Positions 18,931-28,191 of a stretch of DNA of 49,364 bases are shown here, one piece after another. The position numbers and the translations under genes were made by a program. The notes under the pieces were generated by a model that was not told the origin of the DNA, did not search any database, and was given only the letters and a program-made list of their open reading frames with translations. Source of the DNA: Planctomycetota bacterium (lineage in GTDB: Bacteria; Planctomycetota; UBA11346); NCBI GenBank assembly GCA_038213805.1, contig JBBQSO010000036.1, positions 1 to 49,364 of the forward strand. Direction: 5' to 3'. Each line of letters opens with the position of its first letter. Positions within the stretch are counted from its first letter, which is position 1.

Positions 18931-20145
18931 ATGACCCGCACACTCGCCATCTGCTTGCTCGCCACTGCCGCCGTCCTCGCCACCGCCCAGGATCATGCCG
19001 GATCCGAGCGCGTCGTGGTGGTGCGCAACACCAGCAGCGCCGCCTCGCGCACCATCGCCGAGGACTACGCGCAGCGCCGCGGTGCGGCAATCGTGGATGT
19101 CACCTGCCCGGATGCCGCGCGGGATGCCGCCAGCGAGAGCATGCCCTATGCGGACTACCTCACGTCCATCGCCACACCGCTACGGGTCTGGCTGGCGGCG
19201 CACCAGGGCGTCGACTACATCGTCTTGACCAAGGGCATCCCCATCCGTGTGCAGGATGCCCCACGCGGCGTGTTCCACGGACTGCTCGCGCTCGACAGCG
19301 TCCTCGCCGCACTCGGCTACGAGGAGGACGCCGCGGCCGTCACGGTCGACGTCACCGATCCGAATTTCGGGCCGACCTACCACGGTCGACCGTGGGCAAA
19401 CCGCTTCTGGAACAGCGGGGCGCCGTTCCGCCATGCCACCGCCGGCGGCTATCTGGTCACCCGCCTCGACGGCTACACCGTCGCGGACGCCATGGCCCTG
19501 ACTACGCGCGCACTCGCCGCCGCGGCGACCCTGGAAGCCGGCGTGGCGCCCACCGGCACCATCCTGCTCGATGTCTGCCCGTCGGCCGGCATGGGCGACC
19601 CGGCGCAGCAACCGCACGCGCTCGTCCGCGCCGACCACCGGCCACGCCAAGACATGATCATCGTCGGAGAGAGTGCCTGGGGCGATTGGAATGCCGACAT
19701 GAAGCTCGCCGACAGCCGGCTGCGCGCGCGTGGCATCGCCTGCCGACTCGAGACCAGCGACGTGTTCCTCGGCATGCCCGGACTGATGGGTTATGCGTCC
19801 TGGGGCAGCAACGACAGCCACTACGACGCCGGCGCCTACCAAGCACTCAGCTTCGTACCCGGCGCCATCGCCGAGACCGCGGTGTCGACCAGCGGCCGCA
19901 CCTTCCTGCCGACCACCGGCGGCCAATCCCTGCTCGCCGACCTCATCGCGCAGGGCCTGAGCGGCGGCAAGGGCTATACCGACGAACCGCTGCTGCAGGC
20001 GATCGCCTCGCCGAGCATCCTGTTCGACCGCTATGCGCGCGGCTGGAACCTGGCGGACAGTTTTTACGCCGCTTCGGCGCTGGTGGGGTGGCAGGACGTC
20101 GTCATCGGGGACCCGCTCTGCCGCGGATATGCCGAGAAGCGTTAG
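18931..20145 (+). CDS. TIGR03790 family protein, secreted
   Basis: VVVVRN...SRTIAEDYAQRRG, IVLTKGIP, YLVTRLDG, GYASWGSND, FVPGAIAETAVSTSGRTF, QSLLADLI, EPLL, WQDVVIGDPL. Confidence 0.85.
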   Translation: MTRTLAICLLATAAVLATAQDHAGSERVVVVRNTSSAASRTIAEDYAQRRGAAIVDVTCPDAARDAASESMPYADYLTSIATPLRVWLAAHQGVDYIVLTKGIPIRVQDAPRGVFHGLLALDSVLAALGYEEDAAAVTVDVTDPNFGPTYHGRPWANRFWNSGAPFRHATAGGYLVTRLDGYTVADAMALTTRALAAAATLEAGVAPTGTILLDVCPSAGMGDPAQQPHALVRADHRPRQDMIIVGESAWGDWNADMKLADSRLRARGIACRLETSDVFLGMPGLMGYASWGSNDSHYDAGAYQALSFVPGAIAETAVSTSGRTFLPTTGGQSLLADLIAQGLSGGKGYTDEPLLQAIASPSILFDRYARGWNLADSFYAASALVGWQDVVIGDPLCRGYAEKR

Positions 20146-20348
20146 GCAGGAGCGCGAGCGCCTGTCCCGGTTCAGGAACGGCGATCCTCACGATTCACGG
20201 CGCTCCATGACCGGAAACGTGCGACGGCATTGTGAGTCGTTCATCTGCGTGAGGCTGATGCGTACCGTTCAGCGCGGTCGGTCTCACATCGGGTTGCTTC
20301 GCCCATCACCACTGCCACTGCCGCCGTCGACCGTTCCAGGCGCTTTCC

Positions 20349-20870
20349 ATGACGGGGTCTTATACTGCCGCATCATGCGTGGAGTCGCCTGCAGAGAACG
20401 CCTTCCGCAATCCGCTCATGAAGATCAACATGGCGGAACGTGATGAGCAGGGCAACGCCCTCCTCATCACTGAAGCGGGATGTTCGCCATGGGTGCGGAT
20501 CCCGCTGTCGTTGATCGATGACGTGATCTCGGGCACCAGCGCCACCTGCCACGATCCCAGCCATCCGCTGGTGGAGATCCGATTGAAGGACGGTCCTGCG
20601 GGCAATGAGGCAGCGACCGGCTTTGCCGCACGCATCCGGCCTGCCGTCACGATGAACGCCGGCATGCCGCCCGGTGCAGATCCGCAGGCGCCACCACCGA
20701 CCTTCGCGCTGGGTGGCAGCGGAGAGATCCCAGGATCCGGTGCCTTTCCGCCGCCAGCCATCGACGGAAACTCGTGGTCGATAGCTCAATACACAGACGG
20801 GTTTGCGGCCGCGGAAGGAGCTCGGATAGGCGTTTTTTCGCGAACCAGGAGCGTCACATTCTTATCATGA
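20349..20870 (+). CDS. Hypothetical protein (C...WVRIP...CHDxxHPLV motif), possibly eroding
   Basis: Only plausible ORF in the gap, with a protein-like core GCSPWVRIPLSLIDDV...CHDPSHPLVEIRLKD and a low-complexity C-terminal half. Confidence 0.5.
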   Translation: MTGSYTAASCVESPAENAFRNPLMKINMAERDEQGNALLITEAGCSPWVRIPLSLIDDVISGTSATCHDPSHPLVEIRLKDGPAGNEAATGFAARIRPAVTMNAGMPPGADPQAPPPTFALGGSGEIPGSGAFPPPAIDGNSWSIAQYTDGFAAAEGARIGVFSRTRSVTFLS

Positions 20871-20963
20871 CGTTCAACGACAGCATTTCTTCTGGATGCG
20901 GATGGTCGCTGTCCGAACGGCTGCGTCGGGACCCTAGGCGCCCAACGCTGCGGGCTCATGCAT

Positions 20964-23411
20964 TCACTTCCACCCGAACAGCTCACTCTGCACCAGCGCA
21001 TGGATCAGCGACCGCAACCCGTAATCGTCCGCGGCGGCGCTCTTCACCATGTTTTCGATCGCCAGCTGGTCCACGCCGCTCGCGGGGGTGCCGGTGGCGT
21101 AAGTGACGAGGTTGCGCAGGACGCCGCGCGCCAATGCCTCCGGCCGGGCCTTGAGCTGCTGGCGCAGCTCGGCGATGCCGGAGAAGGCTTTGCCTTCAGG
21201 AGTCCGACCGCTGCAGTCGACGGCCAGGCCGTCGCGCCAGGTGGCGCGGCCCTGGCGCTCGTGCGACTGCAGCGCGACCACTTCGGGCACCACCTCGCGG
21301 TACCGGGTCCGGAACGCGCCGGTGACGTCGAAGCTCTCGAGCGCGAAGCCATAAGGATCGAACTTGGCGTGGCAGGCGGCGCAGGCCTTGTCGTTGCTGT
21401 GCAGGGCGAACTGCTCGCGCAGCGTCTTGGCGCCGCGCACGTCCGGCTCGACCGGCTTGATGTTGGGCGGTGGCGGCGGGATGGGGATGCCGAGCAGGCG
21501 TTCCGCCACCCAGCGGCCGCGTTTGACCGGCGAGGTGTTGGTGCCGTTGGCGGTGACCTTCATCACCGCCGCCTGCGTCCACAGCCCGCTGGAGGGCGAA
21601 CCCTCCGGCACGGGCACCTTGCGCAGCTGCGCCCCCTCCACCGCCGGCAGGCCATAGTGCCTGGCCAGGCGCTCATTGACCATCGCCCAGTCCGCGGCCA
21701 CCAGGTTGCGCACGCTGAGGTTCCCGTCGAGCATGCGGCGGAAGAAGGCTTCGGTCTCTTGACCGCTGGCGAGCTTGAGCACGTCATCATAGTCGGGGTA
21801 GAGGTTGTGGTCGGGCGTGGTGTCGTCGAGCGCGCGCAGGCCCAGCCACTGGTTGACGAAGTCGCTGACGAAGCGCGCCGATTTGGGGTCGGCGAGCAGG
21901 CGTTCGGTCTGCTCGTGCAGCACCTTGGGTTCGTGCAGGCGGCCCTTGCGCGCCAGCTCGAGCAGCGCCTCGTCGGGCGTGGAGTTCCACAGCAGGTAGG
22001 ACAGGCGCGAGGCGAGCGCGGCGTCGGAAAGCCGGCCCGCCGGCTCGACCACGCAGAGGAAATCGGGCGCGGTCATCAGCTCGGTGACCTTCTGCAGGAA
22101 AACCGTGGCCAGGGGCGCGCCGGCGTCGATCTGGCGCACGACGTCGGTCATCATCTCCTTGTTCTCGGCCGCGGTCACCTCGCGGCGGTAGAAGCGCTGC
22201 CCGAGGCGCATGAACGTGGTCTGCAGCGCGGTCAGGTACTCGGTGCGGTTGGTGTCCTTGGCCTGGGCCAGGGACACCGGGTTGTCGCGCGAGCGGCGCA
22301 GCTCGGCCGCCAGGCCCTTGGGCAGGTCGGCGGTGATCCAGCGGTCGATGGCCAGCGGCTGCGCCGGCTCCTCGACCTCCATCCACTGCACCGCCAGGCC
22401 GGGTCCCGTGCAGTCCTTGGCGAAGCTGTTCTTGGGCACCTGCACGCCGATGCCGAAGGGGATCACCCGCAGGCCATCGCTGACCGCGGCGCGATCGTTG
22501 AGGTCGCGGGTGCGCAGGTAGACGTCGGCCTCGACCACCGCCGCCTGCCCTGGCGGGGCCTCGAGCACGGCGAGCTGGTCGAGGATTTGCGGATAGGCCC
22601 AGACGTGGCCGGCGTAGACGCCGAAGGTCATCGGCTTGCCGGTCTGGTAGCCGTAGAGCGAGAAGCGCACGTGGTGCATGCCCGGCAGCGCGGCGCCGAA
22701 CTCGAAGCGGCCCGAGGTGGTGTCGGAATTGAACGAGACCTTGGTCTGGTCCGCGAGCACCAGGGTGTGGCCGGGCGATTGGCCGCTCTCCTCCGCCTGC
22801 ACCCGCACCGTGCGCGCCGGGCTCTGCGCCGGCCGCAGCACCCAGGCGAGGACCTGCTCGGACATCCTGAAATACCCGTCGGCGGCGCCTGACGACAAGG
22901 ACAGCGCGCTGCTGACCTTGTCATAGCCATCCACGCGGCCGTCCTCGGGCAGATCGCTGCCGACGGTGGGCCGCAGGCCGGTGAGATCGAACACCGTGTT
23001 GGCGTATTCGCGGCGGTTGAGGCGGCGCAGCCTGCTGCGGCCCTCCTTGCGCTGGCGGTCCAGCGCCGCGCTGGCGTAGTCGCCGCGGATCCACCCGACC
23101 AGCGCCTTGAGCTGCGCCGCGCTCGGCTGTTTCTCGTCCGGCGGCGGCATGCGCCCGGACTCGACCTGGTCGAGCACGCGGAACCACAGCTCCTCCTCGC
23201 TGGCGAGCTGCTTGGCGCCGCGCACGACCGAGAAGTCGAGCTTCGCCTTCTTCTGGTCGGTGCCGTGGCACTCGGTGCAACGGCTGGCGAGCACGGGCTG
23301 GACCTGCGCCTGGAAGCTGGCCGCGGCGTCCTCGGCCGTGGCGCGGCCGCACAGCGCCGGCAGGAAGACGACCGCGACGACGGTGACCGCGAGCAGACGG
23401 GTGAAGGGCAT
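20964..23411 (-). CDS. DUF1592-containing planctomycete cytochrome c protein (PSCyt1/PSD/PSCyt3 architecture)
   Basis: Signal peptide; two CxxCH motifs (CTECH, CAACH); LRRLNRREYANTVFDL, LASRLSYLLWNSTPD, QWLGLR, TSPVKRGRWV, DPYGFALESFD. Confidence 0.92.
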   Translation of the reverse strand: MPFTRLLAVTVVAVVFLPALCGRATAEDAAASFQAQVQPVLASRCTECHGTDQKKAKLDFSVVRGAKQLASEEELWFRVLDQVESGRMPPPDEKQPSAAQLKALVGWIRGDYASAALDRQRKEGRSRLRRLNRREYANTVFDLTGLRPTVGSDLPEDGRVDGYDKVSSALSLSSGAADGYFRMSEQVLAWVLRPAQSPARTVRVQAEESGQSPGHTLVLADQTKVSFNSDTTSGRFEFGAALPGMHHVRFSLYGYQTGKPMTFGVYAGHVWAYPQILDQLAVLEAPPGQAAVVEADVYLRTRDLNDRAAVSDGLRVIPFGIGVQVPKNSFAKDCTGPGLAVQWMEVEEPAQPLAIDRWITADLPKGLAAELRRSRDNPVSLAQAKDTNRTEYLTALQTTFMRLGQRFYRREVTAAENKEMMTDVVRQIDAGAPLATVFLQKVTELMTAPDFLCVVEPAGRLSDAALASRLSYLLWNSTPDEALLELARKGRLHEPKVLHEQTERLLADPKSARFVSDFVNQWLGLRALDDTTPDHNLYPDYDDVLKLASGQETEAFFRRMLDGNLSVRNLVAADWAMVNERLARHYGLPAVEGAQLRKVPVPEGSPSSGLWTQAAVMKVTANGTNTSPVKRGRWVAERLLGIPIPPPPPNIKPVEPDVRGAKTLREQFALHSNDKACAACHAKFDPYGFALESFDVTGAFRTRYREVVPEVVALQSHERQGRATWRDGLAVDCSGRTPEGKAFSGIAELRQQLKARPEALARGVLRNLVTYATGTPASGVDQLAIENMVKSAAADDYGLRSLIHALVQSELFGWK

Positions 23412-23433
23412 GGTGGTGTCCACGTGGTGCTGC

Positions 23434-24735
23434 TCAGGTCAAACCGGTCAACGGCCCGGTGCTGGAGCCGAATTTCGGGGTCTCCACGCCGAAGCGCTGC
23501 AGCATGGAGACGTAGAGATTGCAGAGTTGCGTATTGTTCTCGGGGTCGCCGGCGAGGTGCTGGCCGTGGCGCCAGCCGCCGCCCGCGAGCAGGATGGGCA
23601 GGTTGCTGGTGCCATGGCCGCTGGCGTCGCCGAGATTGCTGCCGATCAGCACCTGGGTCGCATCGAGCAGGCTGGCCTCCCCCTCGCTGGTCTTCTGCAG
23701 CGCGCTCAGGAAATCGCCGAAAGCCGCCATCTCGGTGCGCTCGATGATGCGCAGCTGCTCGATCTTGTCGGGATTCTGCCCGTGGTGCGAGACCCCGTGG
23801 TGGTCATCCTTGACGCCCGCGATCGGTGGCCTGAGGTCCATGCCGCGGATGAAGATCGAGACTACGCGCGTCGCATCAGTCTGCAGCGCCAGGCGGGTGA
23901 GTCCAAAGAGCACGCGCGCGCGACCGATGCTGTCATTCTGCGGCGTGTTGTCGCTGGGCGGCGGCTCCGTGACCATGGGCTTGGGCCGCACCGCCCAGGC
24001 CTCGTCGGCGTGCAGCTGCTTCTCCATGTCGCGCACGGCGTCGGTGTAATCGGTGATCTGTTGCTGGTCGTGCGCGCTGAGCCGGTTCCTGAGCGCGGCG
24101 AAGCGGTCGCCCATGCGGTCGAGCACGCTCTGTCCGCGCCGCAGCCGTGCCATCTCTGCCGCGACCTCGTTGGCCTGGCCGGCGAGGAACATGCGCGCGA
24201 AGATCTGCGACGGCCGGTCCATCGGTGCCACCGCGGCCCCGGTCGCGGTGTAGGTCAGGGCGCTGCCGCCCTCGCTGGTGCGCAGCGACAGCAGCGGGAA
24301 GCGCGTGGCGTTTCCGACCTGGCGCGCGGCCACGTAGTCGAGCGAGACAGTGTTGCGGAAGGTGTTCGCGGTGGGGTGCTTGGCGCTGGTCAGGAAGCAG
24401 GCCTCGGAGGCGTGGTCGCCGCCGATCTCGGGATGCGAGATGCCGGAGAAGACCGTGAAGCGCTCGCGCAGGCCGCTGATCACCCTGGTGTACTCGCTGT
24501 CCTCGTAGTCGCGCCCCGCCTTGGCCGGGAAGAACGACTTGCCGTACAGCCCGAAGCCGGCGCAGATCGACACCAGCCGCCGCGGCGGGCCCGCCTTGCC
24601 GGACGCGGCCGGTTCGCCGGCCACGGCCGGATGGCCGCCGATGCCCAGGCTCTCAAGCCAGGGCAGGCCCAGCAGCACCGCGCTGGCGCGCAGGAACTGG
24701 CGGCGCGACGGATGGCTGGGCGGGACTGGATTCAT
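23434..24735 (-). CDS. DUF1552 (HxxSHH) protein with twin-arginine-like leader
   Basis: SRRQFLRASAVLLGLPWLESL, HHGVSHHGQ, GSNLGDASGH, NLPILLAGGG, FGSSTG. ATG at 24735. Confidence 0.92.
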   Translation of the reverse strand: MNPVPPSHPSRRQFLRASAVLLGLPWLESLGIGGHPAVAGEPAASGKAGPPRRLVSICAGFGLYGKSFFPAKAGRDYEDSEYTRVISGLRERFTVFSGISHPEIGGDHASEACFLTSAKHPTANTFRNTVSLDYVAARQVGNATRFPLLSLRTSEGGSALTYTATGAAVAPMDRPSQIFARMFLAGQANEVAAEMARLRRGQSVLDRMGDRFAALRNRLSAHDQQQITDYTDAVRDMEKQLHADEAWAVRPKPMVTEPPPSDNTPQNDSIGRARVLFGLTRLALQTDATRVVSIFIRGMDLRPPIAGVKDDHHGVSHHGQNPDKIEQLRIIERTEMAAFGDFLSALQKTSEGEASLLDATQVLIGSNLGDASGHGTSNLPILLAGGGWRHGQHLAGDPENNTQLCNLYVSMLQRFGVETPKFGSSTGPLTGLT

Positions 24736-24760
24736 CGTGGGCTCCGTGGCATGGCGGTGA

Positions 24761-26455
24761 TCACTTGCGGGCGGCGGCGGCCGCGGCGTAGATCGCGCGG
24801 ATGAGCGGCTGCGCGGGGTCGGCGTACCAGGCGCGGAAGGCGAGGATGTCGCCGGCCCCCACCGCGTGCACCAGTTCGTCGCGGCGCCGCGCCAGCTCGC
24901 CGGGCTCCATCTCGGCGAAGGCGCCGAACGCACCCGGCAGCGCCCGGCGCGCGTCCGCCGGGTTCGGCGCGGTCGGCTTCCGCGCATCCTGCCACGGCGC
25001 GCTCCAGCGGTAGGCTTCGGCGCCATCGCACGACGGCAACAGCAGCAGTCCGGGCGAGCCAGCGCCGACGCGCCGGCAGATCGTGGCCATCGGCAGCGCG
25101 CCACCGCTGTCGCCGAGCACCGGGAAGATGGTCGCGCCCCAACGGCGCTGGGCATAGTCGACCTTGGCCTGGAGCAGCCGCGCCGGATCGGCCACCGGGC
25201 GCAGGACCAGGCCGGCGCCAGCCGCCGTCGCCTCCTGGGCGCGCAGCGCCACGCCGACGCGGAATCCGGCACTGCGCAGGCGGCTGAAGATGTGATCGGC
25301 GATGCTCTCCATCTCGGGCGCCAGGCGGTCGAGCTGGCGCGGATCGCCGACGTAGCTGACCGCGGTCGCGCGCCCCTCAAGATCCCAGAACACCACGCCC
25401 TGGGCATCCATCTCCGTGAGGTGGGCGATGGTGACGTCGATCATCACCTCGAGGCGCTGGTGGAAGGCCGCGATCCCGGCAGGCGTGGTGGTGTCGACCA
25501 GCGGGTCGCTGAACCAGCCGCGCGGGTTGCCGACCCAGCCGGTCTCGGCGGCGCACAGCATAATCAGTCCGAGCGGCCGGCGATCGGGCCACGCCACCGG
25601 CTTGGCGTCGTCGGCCGACGACGCGCGTACCGGCCTGCCGGCCTCGGCCTGGGCGGACTCCCCAGCGCCGACCTCGACCGTGCCGCTGGCACCCGCACCC
25701 GCAACGCGCACCCGGCCCTGTTCGACCTCGACGCTGGTGCGCCCAGTGCCCGCGCTGACGACGAAGCGCGTCCCGATGACCTCGACCGTGGCCTCGGCGG
25801 TGGCAATGGTCAGCTGGCGACCCGGCGACTGATGCGCGACCACGGCGGCGAGCGTGCCCTGCGCGAGGCGCAAACGCAGGCCGGTGGCGCCGGCCTCGAT
25901 CTGCAGCGTGCTCTGGCTGCCCAGGCCGAAGGTCGTGGCCTCGCCCGGGACCTGGAGATCAGCGCTCGCACCGAGCGCGACCTCGAGGTGGTCCCCAGCG
26001 CGCAGCGCCAGGCCGGGCACCAGGACCTCCTCGACCGCATCGCGGTGCCGCACGCGGCCGGCCGCGCCGCTCGCCGCGGCTGCGTTCGCGACGGTGGCGA
26101 TGACCGCGTCGCCGGCGGGCTTCACTGCGGACGCGCGTGCAGGGATCAGCATCGCGCCCACCGCCAGCAGCAGCGACGCCGCGCACGTCGCCAGCAGCAG
26201 GCGCGGCCGGCGCCACCAGGAGCGCGCGCGCGGCCGCGCCCCGGCCGCCGCCGCCCGCGGCACCACCGCCGCCGCCGCCGGCGCGGCGGAGCCGGAGCGC
26301 GTCAGGATATCGTGGTTCACCGCGATCCAGAACAGCGCACGCGCCGCCGGCCGTTCGACCAGGGTGCGTTCGAGCTCGGCGTGCGCGGCGCGATCGAGGG
26401 TGCCGGCGAAATAGCCATCGACGAGGTCGAGGAAGCGGTCGCGCGCGCTCACCAT
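24761..26455 (-). CDS. FecR-domain anti-sigma factor with a large C-terminal domain of unknown function
   Basis: N-terminal anti-sigma helix, one TM segment, FecR motifs (LRLAQGTL...ATVEVIGTRFVV...VEVEQGRVRV), then a ~280-aa domain starting WPDRRPLG. Overlaps the sigma stop codon. Confidence 0.85.
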   Translation of the reverse strand: MVSARDRFLDLVDGYFAGTLDRAAHAELERTLVERPAARALFWIAVNHDILTRSGSAAPAAAAVVPRAAAAGARPRARSWWRRPRLLLATCAASLLLAVGAMLIPARASAVKPAGDAVIATVANAAAASGAAGRVRHRDAVEEVLVPGLALRAGDHLEVALGASADLQVPGEATTFGLGSQSTLQIEAGATGLRLRLAQGTLAAVVAHQSPGRQLTIATAEATVEVIGTRFVVSAGTGRTSVEVEQGRVRVAGAGASGTVEVGAGESAQAEAGRPVRASSADDAKPVAWPDRRPLGLIMLCAAETGWVGNPRGWFSDPLVDTTTPAGIAAFHQRLEVMIDVTIAHLTEMDAQGVVFWDLEGRATAVSYVGDPRQLDRLAPEMESIADHIFSRLRSAGFRVGVALRAQEATAAGAGLVLRPVADPARLLQAKVDYAQRRWGATIFPVLGDSGGALPMATICRRVGAGSPGLLLLPSCDGAEAYRWSAPWQDARKPTAPNPADARRALPGAFGAFAEMEPGELARRRDELVHAVGAGDILAFRAWYADPAQPLIRAIYAAAAAARK

Positions 26456-26967
26456 TCCTCCACCCTGAGCCGGCGCAGCACGCACTCGCGCAGGGCGCGA
26501 CGCATCTGCGACAGCAGCACGTGCACCACGTTCGCCGCGCGCGCGAGGCGCGCGGCGATGGCCTGCGGAGCGAGGCCCTCGACGTAGGCGAGATCGGCCA
26601 GCCGGCGCTGCCCGGGGGTCAGGCGCTCCAGGCAGCGGGTGAGGGCCTCGCGCTGCGTCTGCCAGGACTCGGCATCCGGCAGTGCGGTCTCCACCGCCGC
26701 CAGCGCCTCGGCCGACAGCACCGCGCGCTCGCGCCGCCGCGTGCGCAAGTGCTCGAGGGTCTTGAGCCGGGCGATGGCGCGCGCCCAGGCCAGGAAATCG
26801 CTGCCGATGACGAAGCTGTCGGCGCGCGTGCTGACCACCAGGAACACCTCCTGGAGGATGTCGTCCGCCAGCACCAGATCGCCGCAGATGCTGGCGACGA
26901 AGCCGCCCAGCAGCCCGGCATGGCGGACGAAGAGCTGCTGGACCTGTTCGGTGTGGGTGGGAGTCAT
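26449..26967 (-). CDS. ECF RNA polymerase sigma-70 factor (Rhodopirellula/Verrucomicrobium type)
   Basis: ADDILQEVFLVV...FLAWARAIARLK (region 2); ALTRCLERL...Y.EG..PQAIA...LSQMRRALRECV (region 4). Confidence 0.93.
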   Translation of the reverse strand: MTPTHTEQVQQLFVRHAGLLGGFVASICGDLVLADDILQEVFLVVSTRADSFVIGSDFLAWARAIARLKTLEHLRTRRRERAVLSAEALAAVETALPDAESWQTQREALTRCLERLTPGQRRLADLAYVEGLAPQAIAARLARAANVVHVLLSQMRRALRECVLRRLRVEEW

Positions 26968-27005
26968 GGTGCTGTCCAGCAGATGTCGCGCGGGGACACG
27001 ACCTT

Positions 27006-27039
27006 AATCAGGAGTTTACCCGAATCAGGAGTTTACCCG
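27006..27039. repeat. Perfect 17-bp tandem direct repeat upstream of the sigma gene
   Basis: aatcaggagtttacccg x2 (27006-27022 and 27023-27039). Confidence 0.85.
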
Positions 27040-27399
27040 CGGGGGGCGCCATCCTCAATGGACGGACGGAACGGGATCCTGGAACACGATGTAAGCCATA
27101 AGTGCAACTGTATATATGAAACGACCGTGGCAGATAGGCGGAATTGAAGCGTGTCCGCGCGCACGTGGCAAATGTGCTCTGGGTGCGATCCGGTGACGAC
27201 CGTGACCCCTGATCTCCCTGCGCATCGGACAAGGCGCTTGGCACCCTTTTCCCAACGGGCCTATGCCAGACTCCTCGCTCCTCTGATCAGAAGGTCGCTG
27301 CCACACCCCCGTCCGCCTCAATCGGCGCATGCTGTCATTTCGAGGCATCCAGGTGAGGCGTGTCCGGAACCATCAATGCCCGTGGAGCTGACAAACACC

Positions 27400-27741
27400 A
27401 TGAGATGGAAATCGACGATCCTCGCAGCCACCTTTTTTTTCATCGGATGTGCCGCGACCGCGGCCGTGGGCTTCTCGCTCCCCAGAGGCGCGATGTCGGT
27501 GCGTATGCAATTGGTAGAACTCACAAGCGCATGTGCATTGGCAAACGGCAAGCTGGGAACCTGCCCGGCGGATGGCGCCGGCTCCAAGGAGATCATCACC
27601 TTCTTGCGCAGGACGTGGGTGTCATCCGGAATCATTTCCTCACTGGAGCGCGATCAAGCCAGTGGGAGCGGGAACGGATTCCTGGTCTATGACGGGACAT
27701 TCTACCTTCGGGCGGGCGATTGGAGTCCAGGCACTGATTGA
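27400..27741 (+). CDS. Hypothetical protein with N-terminal signal/TM segment
   Basis: MRWKSTILAATFFFIGCAATAAVG...; GGAG upstream; lies in a lower-GC patch. Confidence 0.45.
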   Translation: MRWKSTILAATFFFIGCAATAAVGFSLPRGAMSVRMQLVELTSACALANGKLGTCPADGAGSKEIITFLRRTWVSSGIISSLERDQASGSGNGFLVYDGTFYLRAGDWSPGTD

Positions 27742-27777
27742 TGAGTGCCTGGGGTGGGATGCTTTCCCGGGATTCCG

Positions 27778-28191
27778 CTAGATCGCATTGTCTGAACCGC
27801 AGTCCTGACAAGTGAACACCGTCGGTTTCCACTGGTTCGCACCGATGCGGAAGAAGATCAGCGCCGGCAAAAGCCCCGAAGGGATCAGGACGATCAGCGG
27901 TATCCGCTCCATGGGCAATGCGGCCACCAACACCCGATAGGTGATGAAGGATGCCAAGACGCCGACGGCCACCCCTGCCACATACAGGCCTTTTGTGGCG
28001 TTCGTCGGAATCATCGCCACGGACCTGGGCCGCGAACTGCCGCAATGCGTGCAGACGGCAGGCACCGGTTTCGCGATGATCTGGCGAGAGTCCTGCTCGG
28101 TCAGCGAGAAAATCGCGAAACCGTCGCATTTCTCGCACATCTCGACCTTGTCGGGATACTTTTCACCGCACGTACTGCAGATGAAGACCAT
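27778..28191 (-). CDS. Zinc-ribbon membrane protein (4 CxxC, 2 TM)
   Basis: CSTC, CEKC, CTHC, two hydrophobic helices, then CQDC; AGGA RBS. Confidence 0.75.
   Translation of the reverse strand: MVFICSTCGEKYPDKVEMCEKCDGFAIFSLTEQDSRQIIAKPVPAVCTHCGSSRPRSVAMIPTNATKGLYVAGVAVGVLASFITYRVLVAALPMERIPLIVLIPSGLLPALIFFRIGANQWKPTVFTCQDCGSDNAI

Noticed and set aside
24736..25407. N-terminal extension of the DUF1552 ORF to 657 aa
   Set aside because: It overlaps the FecR gene in another frame; the real start is the ATG at 24735 before the twin-Arg leader.
20958..26587. Long plus-strand ORFs 20958..22892, 23107..24804 and 24866..26587
   Set aside because: Shadows of the DUF1592, DUF1552 and FecR genes.
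27108..27123. ctgtatatatgaaacg as a LexA SOS box
   Set aside because: The right half-site is not ACAG, and the gammaproteobacterial box is not expected in this lineage.
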